Origin: a virus
Taxonomy: Duplodnaviria; Heunggongvirae; Uroviricota; Caudoviricetes
Length of the DNA: 64,000 nucleotides
IMG/VR virus record: IMGVR_UViG_3300028832_000001
Location: 164,007-228,006 of that record
Strand: one strand, 5' to 3'
The position numbers were made by a program, and so were the translations under genes. The notes under the pieces are model-generated. The model was not told where the DNA came from. It was given only the letters and a program-made list of their open reading frames with translations, and searched no databases. Positions 46,281 to 54,125 of this stretch are shown here, in pieces. Each line of letters begins with the position of its first letter. The stretch's first letter is position 1.

Positions 46281-46445
46281 TTATTTATCCCAATTATCCC
46301 TTTGCGCTTCTATAAAATCTGGTAATTGTGGACGATTCCTTTCATATTCTGCATCCATTAATCTACTAATAAAAGGTTTTTCGTCTTTATCCTTATTTTT
46401 ATAATTGTCAAGCTGAACTTCAATAAAATCTGGTAACTGTCCCAT
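46281..46445 (-). CDS. 54-aa protein with duplicated QLPDFIExQxDN(Y/W) motif
   Basis: Hand translation; fills the gap between two genes with 1-nt spacers. Confidence 0.7.
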   Translation of the reverse strand: MGQLPDFIEVQLDNYKNKDKDEKPFISRLMDAEYERNRPQLPDFIEAQRDNWDK

Positions 46446-46446
46446 A

Positions 46447-46821
46447 TTAACCCATTATACTATATGCTTCTGCATATTTTCTCATTTGATTTAAAATACT
46501 TGCAAAACCATTTTGTCTGGTCGGTGTCAGACCATTAGTAAAACCATTTTGAACGAACCAGTTTGGATCGATTGCTAAAATTTCAGACGGTGTTTTACCG
46601 CTAAAGAAATTACAAAGATAAACACCTAAACCTAAAGATATTAAAGCTGGAGTTTTATCGTCTGTGCATACGTCAAAGAAAATTCTACCAAAATTGTATG
46701 TAGGTTTCAGATATAACTTTATCCCACAACCTTTAACTAACCATTTTTCGTCTTTCTCGAAATCTGCCTTGTTATTTCTAGCAAGTTCAATCAAGTATTT
46801 CCACTTCTCGTCATTATCCAT
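46447..46821 (-). CDS. sufE: SufE family Fe-S sulfur-acceptor protein
   Basis: KYLIEL, VKGC, GLGV...SGKTPSEIL, GLTPTRQNG. Confidence 0.8.
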   Translation of the reverse strand: MDNDEKWKYLIELARNNKADFEKDEKWLVKGCGIKLYLKPTYNFGRIFFDVCTDDKTPALISLGLGVYLCNFFSGKTPSEILAIDPNWFVQNGFTNGLTPTRQNGFASILNQMRKYAEAYSIMG

Positions 46822-46884
46822 GTTTACAAATATAGAAAAACCGGTCGAAATCAACCGGTTTTATTTTTTATTTTGAATTTTTAA

Positions 46885-47211
46885 TTACCAAGATAGCTTT
46901 AATATCCAATGTTTAATCATCCCTGGTGGAGAATCTTCAAGCTTAGCTGCTATACTCTCATTTAGGAACATTTTAATGACTTCTGGGACGATTTTTTCTA
47001 TCAGTAAGGGTGAATCATAGGTATAGTCAAAAAGAGGATGTTCGTCGTCGTATTCAGCCGTATTGATAGATATACTGGCAGTTCGTTGCCTATTATCAGC
47101 ACATCTTTGAGCTTCTGAATATGCACGTTTAAAAAGCTTGGATGCTTCTTCTTTAACTGCCTTTTCAGATGCATCAATAGTTCTAGCTCTTAATAAATCA
47201 CCCAGCTTCAT
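46885..47211 (-). CDS. hypothetical protein
   Basis: 108-aa ORF. Confidence 0.7.
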   Translation of the reverse strand: MKLGDLLRARTIDASEKAVKEEASKLFKRAYSEAQRCADNRQRTASISINTAEYDDEHPLFDYTYDSPLLIEKIVPEVIKMFLNESIAAKLEDSPPGMIKHWILKLSW

Positions 47212-47584
47212 ATTTTTCCTTTTTAAGTTTTACTATTTCATTTTCAAGGCGTTCAATTTTTTCTTGATACCATTTTTCAAACCATGGACCATTAACTGCC
47301 CAATATCTTTCATCGATACTACACAAACTTAAAGGACCATATTTTTTGAGCATATAAAGTGTATGCATTTCTGCAATTCGTTCTGCTGAAGCATCTATTT
47401 TATTTTCAGCATTAATTTCAAAAATACATGCATTTGGATCTACCTTATGACCATCATGTTTGTATAAAGGAGTAACTCTGACAGCAGAATAGCTTTCTTT
47501 ACCCCACGTCCCATCAATAGCTATTGATATTTGTGGATTTCCTTCAACTTTTTGTAAGGCTTCGATTAATTCATTCTTTGTCAT
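47198..47584 (-). CDS. hypothetical protein
   Basis: 128-aa ORF. Confidence 0.7.
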   Translation of the reverse strand: MTKNELIEALQKVEGNPQISIAIDGTWGKESYSAVRVTPLYKHDGHKVDPNACIFEINAENKIDASAERIAEMHTLYMLKKYGPLSLCSIDERYWAVNGPWFEKWYQEKIERLENEIVKLKKEKYEAG

Positions 47585-47840
47585 CGTAAGTTGAAATCTC
47601 CTTTAACTTATTTAAAAATTGTGCAAACTTATTTACACCAAATGTTTGTGTAAGTCCTTGTTTTCGCCAATCTGGATTTGGATCAGATGTAATACTGAAT
47701 GAAACTGCTGCTTCAGTTTCACCTCGGTCATACATGACACCATAATCAATCATTACATCATATTCATGTTTTCCCTGTTTAAATCTAACAGTTACATGAT
47801 TATCGTCTTTACTTACTTCTTGAAAATCAGTCATTAACAA
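47571..47840 (-). CDS. hypothetical protein
   Basis: 89-aa ORF. Confidence 0.65.
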   Translation of the reverse strand: MLMTDFQEVSKDDNHVTVRFKQGKHEYDVMIDYGVMYDRGETEAAVSFSITSDPNPDWRKQGLTQTFGVNKFAQFLNKLKEISTYDDKE

Positions 47841-48439
47841 CTCCTTACGAATACAAGTCTAATTTCTGCATCTCTATCCCGATCATAATCTTCCCTAGAC
47901 ATATCTTCAATAGCCCATAAAAGACCATTCCATCTAAGAGCTTTCTTATAACCAGCAGACTGGTCATTCAATTCTTCCAGAAGTTCTTTATTTATCGGAT
48001 ATGTTAACGGATTACGATCGGGAACAGGGTCAGCAGAACCAGTCTGATACCTATCAGAATGAAGGTCAAGAGAATAATCGATATATGGATTTATTTCACA
48101 CTTAAATCCTAACGCCTTGTAACACATCATCATAGTATTGTCATACTGTTCAATAATTCTATTGCAAAGACGTTGCATATTATCTAATGGACAAACCTTG
48201 ACCCAATGATATTCATCAATATTACCTTCATAGAAATCAAGTACTCCTTGAGAAAGTTCAGAATTATCTACTGAATCAAATGTATTTTCTTCAATATCTT
48301 GAGTACCAGCTGCATAGTCCATTGTGTCTGTAAGCAAAAAATGTTTAACTTCAGACATGATACAGGTTTTACCGATCATTTCCCATTTACTGGATCCTCT
48401 TCTTCTTTTCTCAGCGAATAGCTTAATTCCCCATGACAT
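47834..48439 (-). CDS. hypothetical protein
   Basis: 201-aa ORF. Confidence 0.7.
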   Translation of the reverse strand: MSWGIKLFAEKRRRGSSKWEMIGKTCIMSEVKHFLLTDTMDYAAGTQDIEENTFDSVDNSELSQGVLDFYEGNIDEYHWVKVCPLDNMQRLCNRIIEQYDNTMMMCYKALGFKCEINPYIDYSLDLHSDRYQTGSADPVPDRNPLTYPINKELLEELNDQSAGYKKALRWNGLLWAIEDMSREDYDRDRDAEIRLVFVRSC

Positions 48440-48449
48440 AATTTACCTT

Positions 48450-48593
48450 TTAATCTTTAATTTTTGTTGCAGACATGCATTCGTATTTTTCACCATCGGC
48501 AAACAAATCGTCCCATGCAATAGACAGTGCTTCTTCTTCACTATCTGCATCGACTTCTATTTCATCATGATATTCAACTAAATATTTAGCCAT
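48450..48593 (-). CDS. small acidic protein (47 aa)
   Basis: Hand translation MAKYLVEYHDEIEVDADSEEEALSIAWD...; TAATG coupling. Confidence 0.65.
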   Translation of the reverse strand: MAKYLVEYHDEIEVDADSEEEALSIAWDDLFADGEKYECMSATKIKD

Positions 48594-48823
48594 TATTCTT
48601 CCTCTTCCTCTGCTTCGCATTCACCTTCGTATTCGGCTTCGAGTTCATAATATTCATCACTTGACATTCTATCGCAAATATATTCATACTTACCATAATT
48701 TTCATTCATACGAATATAATCTTCAAAGAAAAAAGCTAAATCTTTAAATTCATGACCATCACCATCATACTTTCCAGTCTTAGCAAGTTCTTGGCAAAAC
48801 TTGAGTGCTTCTTCCGCATTCAT
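48593..48823 (-). CDS. acidic hypothetical protein
   Basis: 76-aa ORF. Confidence 0.65.
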   Translation of the reverse strand: MNAEEALKFCQELAKTGKYDGDGHEFKDLAFFFEDYIRMNENYGKYEYICDRMSSDEYYELEAEYEGECEAEEEEE

Positions 48824-49380
48824 TAGTCTTCTTCCCCTTCATCATCATCAAAATCGAAATCATCATCGTTATCTGAATTAAGATCTTCGAAAGTCAAAAT
48901 ATCCTTATAAGATTTTGCATCATAATTATATTCACAACTTTCTTCCCTTGTTCCAGCAGGTCTTCTTGTGAGTTCATAACTAAATGAATGGTTATTCCAG
49001 CAGTTATCCATATGAGGAAGACAATCACCGATTTCTTCTTCTACTTCTTCTTTAAGTTCTTCCATATCATCATCTGGATCTTTTGAATCATCATCAAATT
49101 CGCCAAAAAGATGATCCATCAAATAGTCATACTTTTGCCAGTCTTCACATCTATCAGACGGTTTCAAACCGAACTTATGTAAATCTTCAAGATAGTTATC
49201 CAGGTCAAAATCACTTTCGCCATCATATACTTCAAAATTTTGATAAAGCAAAATTTCTGCAGCTAATGATTTCTGTTCTTCTTCAACTTCATCATCATAC
49301 GTGCCTAAACCGTATGATTCATGAATATAGTCAGCATCATTTGTATCGACGGTTACTTCAATTTCATAATCCCATTTCAT
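48823..49380 (-). CDS. very acidic hypothetical protein
   Basis: About 64 of 185 residues D/E by hand count. Confidence 0.7.
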   Translation of the reverse strand: MKWDYEIEVTVDTNDADYIHESYGLGTYDDEVEEEQKSLAAEILLYQNFEVYDGESDFDLDNYLEDLHKFGLKPSDRCEDWQKYDYLMDHLFGEFDDDSKDPDDDMEELKEEVEEEIGDCLPHMDNCWNNHSFSYELTRRPAGTREESCEYNYDAKSYKDILTFEDLNSDNDDDFDFDDDEGEED

Positions 49381-49394
49381 TTGTCTTTTCCTTT

Positions 49395-50201
49395 TTATTC
49401 CTTTGTTTCTATAATTTCTACAACCGGTTTTTCACCGTTAAAGATAACATCAACTCTGTTTACAACTTTAGAGAAAATAGGCATATCAATAACCTGAATT
49501 TCTGAACGTTTAACCAATGTATCACGTTCGACTTTCTGCTTGAATTCTTCAGGAATCTTCTCCCATTCCTCTGCTGTTAAAATACGTTCAACAACTTTAC
49601 GTTGTGCATAAGTTCCTCTCTTGAAGAATGGTGGATAATCATTCCAGTTAATACCCTTTTCCATAAGCATGTCCTGTTTTTCAGAACCATTCTTACCATG
49701 AAGTTGCTTATCAGAATAATAAGCCCTTGCAGCCATAGAAATAGAGTTCTTAGTTGCATCAAATTCTCTCCAAAGAATTTCGTTAGTTGCTTCAACCCTG
49801 TTAGGAACTTGCCAGCATCTGCAATCGAAGAAAGCTAATGGTTTGTCTGGATATGTCTTGTGGATAATTTCGTTAAACTTGGCAGTCGCAATCGAAGCCA
49901 ATACAGAAGTAAGTTTAGAAATACGACCACCGAATAATGCATCACAGTCATCTCTGAGAACTAAGGAGATTTCATCCGACTGAGTATAACCAATGCAAGC
50001 ATTTGACTGTTCGACAAGATATTTCATAGTCTCAATCATTGCATTAGCCATATCTTCATCATATGGTCGTTTCATTCCTCTGGTAAACGTATGGAATGCC
50101 CTACCGTCAATTCTTACACAGATAGGAAGTCCAGGAATAAAGGTTCTTCGTGCCTCGATTCCTTCATAAAGTTTCATTCTATCGCCAAAATCATCAGTCA
50201 T
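49395..50201 (-). CDS. tRNA(His) guanylyltransferase Thg1-like protein
   Basis: VRIDGRAFHTF, YTQSDEISL, FGGRISKL, FDCR, RGT. Confidence 0.9.
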   Translation of the reverse strand: MTDDFGDRMKLYEGIEARRTFIPGLPICVRIDGRAFHTFTRGMKRPYDEDMANAMIETMKYLVEQSNACIGYTQSDEISLVLRDDCDALFGGRISKLTSVLASIATAKFNEIIHKTYPDKPLAFFDCRCWQVPNRVEATNEILWREFDATKNSISMAARAYYSDKQLHGKNGSEKQDMLMEKGINWNDYPPFFKRGTYAQRKVVERILTAEEWEKIPEEFKQKVERDTLVKRSEIQVIDMPIFSKVVNRVDVIFNGEKPVVEIIETKE

Positions 50202-50204
50202 ATT

Positions 50205-50540
50205 TTATCTCCATTTAACTTTTTCAGTTTCCCATTTATATGGAATTCTATACATTTTTGGATCACGTGGAATGCAATAAGAATATGTAACATCTACTTC
50301 ACTTTTATCTAAAAGTGGATCATCATCATTGTATAAATCATTAGCAAATTTAATTGCTTCTGCTTTTGATGAAAAATCTCGACTTTTAGGAAATGGATAT
50401 GGATCACCAGTCCATGGTTCTTCCATTGCATAATGAACAGTATAATGTTCATTAATTATATTTTCTTGTTTACTCACCGTCTGGGATTTCTGGTAATTCT
50501 GCCCAATATTTTGTGAATTGTGCTCCGAAAGTAGTATCAT
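50205..50540 (-). CDS. hypothetical protein (true start probably downstream, ~50477)
   Basis: N-terminal part overlaps neighbouring gene. Confidence 0.55.
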   Translation of the reverse strand: MILLSEHNSQNIGQNYQKSQTVSKQENIINEHYTVHYAMEEPWTGDPYPFPKSRDFSSKAEAIKFANDLYNDDDPLLDKSEVDVTYSYCIPRDPKMYRIPYKWETEKVKWR

Positions 50541-50736
50541 AATCTCCGTCTATTTCCCAATAATATTGTTTAACTGATGGCCACATATTTAATGTGCCGA
50601 TTTCTATTAAAGTTTTCTTATTACCCTCACCAAAATATTGGTTTGGTGTTTCATAAATTAATACTCTATCTCCTACATGAAGGTCAGGATGTAAATCTCC
50701 ATTTACAAATACTGGTTTCCAATCAACCTTGTTCAT
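50470..50736 (-). CDS. hypothetical protein
   Basis: 88 aa; ...YWAELP end motif common in phage hypotheticals. Confidence 0.65.
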   Translation of the reverse strand: MNKVDWKPVFVNGDLHPDLHVGDRVLIYETPNQYFGEGNKKTLIEIGTLNMWPSVKQYYWEIDGDYDTTFGAQFTKYWAELPEIPDGE

Positions 50737-51119
50737 TGTTTTTCCTTCATTGTAACATCATGCATACAAGTAATGATATATGCACCTAAAGAATCTTGGA
50801 TTTTTACCGCTAAATCTTCTGGAATTCCGCTACTAGTCAAATATCCCCAACCACGAATCAAGAATGAAACCTTATTACCATTCTTGTCGTTATAAAAGAT
50901 TACTGCATCATTGTAATAAGCATCATTGAAATCTGCATGAGAATATTCCTCTTGGTTCATTGCTTTTACAAGTTGTTCCATATCCTCGCGGTTAGATTCG
51001 ATTTCGGCATTATTACCGGTAACGTAAACATTACCACACCAAATCATGGCGTTAAGCATACGGTCAAGTTCAAACTTGTCTTTAAAGTAATTTTTCCAAA
51101 GATTTACATCAATACTCAT
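50733..51119 (-). CDS. hypothetical protein
   Basis: 128 aa; IRGWGYLT motif. Confidence 0.7.
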   Translation of the reverse strand: MSIDVNLWKNYFKDKFELDRMLNAMIWCGNVYVTGNNAEIESNREDMEQLVKAMNQEEYSHADFNDAYYNDAVIFYNDKNGNKVSFLIRGWGYLTSSGIPEDLAVKIQDSLGAYIITCMHDVTMKEKQ

Positions 51120-51130
51120 ATTATTCTTCC

Positions 51131-51328
51131 TTATGCATACCAGCGTTCTGTTTCCCAGAATATCTTGGTCAATTCTTTGAAACCGAGCTTATCCAAAACT
51201 TCACAGAGTAAAGCATCTGCAGCAACGTGTGCACCTTCTGTATCTTCTTCTAAAGACTTCCTTTTAAGCTCATTCATTCTAGGAATAGCATCACCTAAAA
51301 TCTGTTTCTTTTCTTCATCTGTAAGCAT
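51131..51328 (-). CDS. hypothetical protein
   Basis: 65 aa; DTEGAHVAADALLC...WYA motif. Confidence 0.7.
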   Translation of the reverse strand: MLTDEEKKQILGDAIPRMNELKRKSLEEDTEGAHVAADALLCEVLDKLGFKELTKIFWETERWYA

Positions 51329-51342
51329 TTCAAAGTCTCGTT

Positions 51343-51498
51343 TTATTTTACCTTAATTTCACGGACATGCATATAGCCTGGGTCTTTAGCTCTACCTTCG
51401 ACAAAATTAACTAATGCAGTTACACCCGTTAGATTGTCAAGATTAAATTGTTTTGTCATTGTAGAATATGAATTATGTGATATTACTTCAACGATCAT
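51343..51498 (-). CDS. small hypothetical protein (51 aa)
   Basis: Hand translation MIVEVISHNSYSTMTKQF...; GGAG RBS. Confidence 0.55.
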   Translation of the reverse strand: MIVEVISHNSYSTMTKQFNLDNLTGVTALVNFVEGRAKDPGYMHVREIKVK

Positions 51499-51525
51499 TT
51501 TTACTCCTTTTCTTTGTCTATAAGT

Positions 51526-51798
51526 TTATTTTCTGATATTTCCACTTTTAGGATGAACTTCTATATCCATATAATGAACTGGATAATTTACTGTTTTTTC
51601 TGAAGATTCTGTATTAAATGGAATTTCTTCTTCAATAGTCTTTACATGATATAATTTAACATTGATTGCAGAAACTATATCTTCATCAGTATTAATGAAA
51701 TCAATAGCTTCATCTTTACTTTTAAAAGATTTTTGATAAGTATATGATGAAACTTTATATTGCCATGTAACTTTATATGATTCCGAAATTAAATTCAT
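51526..51798 (-). CDS. hypothetical protein
   Basis: 90 aa, leaderless. Confidence 0.65.
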   Translation of the reverse strand: MNLISESYKVTWQYKVSSYTYQKSFKSKDEAIDFINTDEDIVSAINVKLYHVKTIEEEIPFNTESSEKTVNYPVHYMDIEVHPKSGNIRK

Positions 51799-51805
51799 AT
51801 TTTAA

Positions 51806-51834
51806 AATATAGAAAAAGAGCTGACTTTCGTCAA
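51806..51834 (-). promoter_or_regulatory. sigma70-type promoter TTGACG-N17-TATATT inside GAAA hairpin terminator
   Basis: TTGAC-GAAA-GTCAG core plus T run. Confidence 0.8.
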
Positions 51835-51862
51835 CCCTTTTATAATTTTGATAATTTAAAAA

Positions 51863-52270
51863 TTAATATATTTCTATTCTATGTTTGTTAATAATAATAC
51901 GTCTATGTTCAAATTTATCTTTCCATTCTTCACCATAAACGCCGGTTTTAAATTTTTCCTCAACTTTCTTAATTGCATAGTTCTCAACTTCTTTATAGTC
52001 GTCAAGATAACAATCAGAAAGATTAAGTTTAATCCTATAACCTTTATTGTTAGTAATATCTATATAAGGAACTACAGCCAACTTATATTTGGATTTTTTA
52101 TCCAATTCATCATAACATCTTTCGCAGTATCTTTTGCCTCTATATGTTAAATATGCTTCATCTGACCATAGTTCATCACCACATCTTGCGCAATAACCTT
52201 GTACATGGCTTTCTTTAATGACTTCATAGCCATTTTTTGAAAGTAATTGTTTTGCTTCGTCTAAATTCAT
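51863..52270 (-). CDS. leader-family protein with Zn ribbon
   Basis: MNLDEAKQLLSKNGYEVIKE|SH; CARC...CERC. Confidence 0.75.
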   Translation of the reverse strand: MNLDEAKQLLSKNGYEVIKESHVQGYCARCGDELWSDEAYLTYRGKRYCERCYDELDKKSKYKLAVVPYIDITNNKGYRIKLNLSDCYLDDYKEVENYAIKKVEEKFKTGVYGEEWKDKFEHRRIIINKHRIEIY

Positions 52271-52286
52271 TTTAACCTTCTATGCT

Positions 52287-52616
52287 TTAGTCTTCATACC
52301 ATTCATCGCAGGTAAGGTCAGCGAGCAAGTTCTGTACACAAGTATCAGTTTCACACGAGTTAAACTTGACACCATCTTCATATGCATCTTTTGCCGCACG
52401 ATCATCATTATAGTCTTCTCCGGCATATCCTATGATAAATGCTCGCTTAAAGTTATTATAATCGGCATCATCACCCCAGTATTTATACGAGCGGTCCCAG
52501 AGTTCGTCAAAAATCTCTTCAGGGGTATATGATAATCTTTCATTCAGTTGTCTGGTTTCCTTGATAAGCCTGTACCCTTGTTTCTGGAGTAATTGTTTTG
52601 CTTCAGCTAAATTCAT
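52287..52616 (-). CDS. acidic leader-family protein
   Basis: MNLAEAKQLLQKQGYRLIKE|TRQLNE. Confidence 0.75.
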   Translation of the reverse strand: MNLAEAKQLLQKQGYRLIKETRQLNERLSYTPEEIFDELWDRSYKYWGDDADYNNFKRAFIIGYAGEDYNDDRAAKDAYEDGVKFNSCETDTCVQNLLADLTCDEWYED

Positions 52617-52638
52617 TTTAACCTCTTCTTATTAAAAA

Positions 52639-53052
52639 TTAACGCATACGTGCTCTAGCTGCAGCAATTCTTGTTGCATTAGCTTTATGAATTGCCTTAA
52701 AAATAAGGCTACGGACAACTTCTTCATATTCTGCACGTTGATCTGCATCGCAGAAATCAGCTTCTGGCATAACAAATTCAAATGAAGTTGCATCATTTTC
52801 AAAAACATCAGTAACAACACTATCTTGCCATAAAGAAGTATCATCTATAAAATATGTCTTAATTAAATTAATATATTTTGGATTTTCTGTCGAAACTATG
52901 ACGTATGGATGTGGCAAATCACCATTTTCAACATCATAATCCGAAGTTCCTTCAAATTCGCAGTCAATGCTCATTCCTGGTAATGTTGCAGCTTCTTTAA
53001 TAAGTTTGTAACCATTTTTTGTAAGTAATTGTTTTGCTTCTGTTAAATTCAT
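52639..53052 (-). CDS. acidic leader-family protein
   Basis: MNLTEAKQLLTKNGYKLIKE|AA; AAGGAG RBS. Confidence 0.75.
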   Translation of the reverse strand: MNLTEAKQLLTKNGYKLIKEAATLPGMSIDCEFEGTSDYDVENGDLPHPYVIVSTENPKYINLIKTYFIDDTSLWQDSVVTDVFENDATSFEFVMPEADFCDADQRAEYEEVVRSLIFKAIHKANATRIAAARARMR

Positions 53053-53077
53053 TTTCAATCTCCTTGTTATTTTATAT

Positions 53078-53085
53078 TATTTATA
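53078..53085 (-). promoter_or_regulatory. T4-like late promoter TATAAATA(ATATAA)
   Basis: Exact motif; drives three tandem leader genes. Confidence 0.75.
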
Positions 53086-53096
53086 GAAATTTTGTA

Positions 53097-53104
53097 TATA
53101 AATA
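53097..53104 (+). promoter_or_regulatory. T4-like late promoter TATAAATA
   Basis: Divergent partner 11 bp away. Confidence 0.7.
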
Positions 53105-53132
53105 AAGAAACGTTTAAGAAAAGGTGAAAAAT

Positions 53133-53660
53133 ATGAATTTAAATGAATGGACATTGAATCAAGCAGCAGGTTTATTGGATGAAGGTTTTAAACCGTTCGG
53201 TTCTACTGAACACTATACTACTGAAGAAATTCGGAAAATAGCAAAACAGAGAGAAATGTTGCATGAAGAAACAGATTCTGATTCTTCTTTAGATCAAATC
53301 TTTGAAACTCTTACCCAGACTCGTGATATTTGGTTAAAAGAATTACAAGAAACATTGCCCGAAGGCTATCATGCTACTGCCTATACTGGTTCTTGTGCTA
53401 CAGGATTATCTAAGAGAATTCCCGGAATTAATATTACACATGATGTTGAAAAAGAACCCGGTAAATATATATTAGTAAATAACGAGAATCCTAGAAAAAT
53501 TGAATTTGAAGGCGTCGGACCATGCACAACAAATGGTTGGGAAAAAAATATAGCAATTCACTATCCAGGTGTCAGACGTATGGCTACAAGATTCACTCTT
53601 CCTGGAATGTATAACTATAAGAAAACCGTCGCTAATATTGTTAAGGATATGATTGGATAA
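53133..53660 (+). CDS. late protein with degenerate leader
   Basis: MNLNEWTLNQAAGLLDE|G. Confidence 0.7.
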   Translation: MNLNEWTLNQAAGLLDEGFKPFGSTEHYTTEEIRKIAKQREMLHEETDSDSSLDQIFETLTQTRDIWLKELQETLPEGYHATAYTGSCATGLSKRIPGINITHDVEKEPGKYILVNNENPRKIEFEGVGPCTTNGWEKNIAIHYPGVRRMATRFTLPGMYNYKKTVANIVKDMIG

Positions 53661-53663
53661 AAT

Positions 53664-53837
53664 ATGAATGATATTAAAAAGATTATTAAGGATTCATTAA
53701 TTACAGTTCTTTCTAAGGATTTTCCCAATGTTCAAAACATTGAAAACCTTATAGAAGTCAAGGAATGTAAAAATAGAAAGAATGGTGATTACTGTGTATC
53801 ATTACATAAATTTGCAAATAGGTTAAATAATGAATAA
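53664..53837 (+). CDS. 57-aa protein resembling the arginyl-tRNA synthetase N-terminal domain
   Basis: Hand translation MNDIKKIIKDSL...NIENLIEVKECKNRKNGDYCVSLHKFANRL. Confidence 0.5.
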   Translation: MNDIKKIIKDSLITVLSKDFPNVQNIENLIEVKECKNRKNGDYCVSLHKFANRLNNE

Positions 53838-54081
53838 AGACAAGTATTATGTTCAAGATCCAGATTGTGGATGCTGGATGCACAGAAGTCCATTAAAACG
53901 TATTATTAATCCTATTTTACGAAAGATACAATTCTGGTCAAAAGAGAAATGGGTTATCGGAAGTAAAACAGAATTTGATGAAAACGGTATTCCACATTTC
54001 AAAGGTTATGGAATGGTCAAAACCAGGATAATGACCGTTAAAGAATATAATGAATGGAAAAAACAAAAAGAGGAAAATTAA
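53830..54081 (+). CDS. hypothetical protein
   Basis: 83 aa, overlaps upstream stop. Confidence 0.65.
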   Translation: MNKDKYYVQDPDCGCWMHRSPLKRIINPILRKIQFWSKEKWVIGSKTEFDENGIPHFKGYGMVKTRIMTVKEYNEWKKQKEEN

Positions 54082-54093
54082 ATTCCTCTTTTT
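54066..54093. terminator. bidirectional intrinsic terminator
   Basis: AAAAGAGGAA-loop-TTCCTCTTTT. Confidence 0.75.
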
Positions 54094-54125
54094 ATATAAT
54101 CAGTATCATCTAAATTTTATATATT

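Noticed and set aside
26272-46857. Full promoters at 26272 and 46829
   Set aside because: Both have the TATATT -10 but no consensus -35 at 17 bp, so they are not listed as promoter features, though they may still be active.
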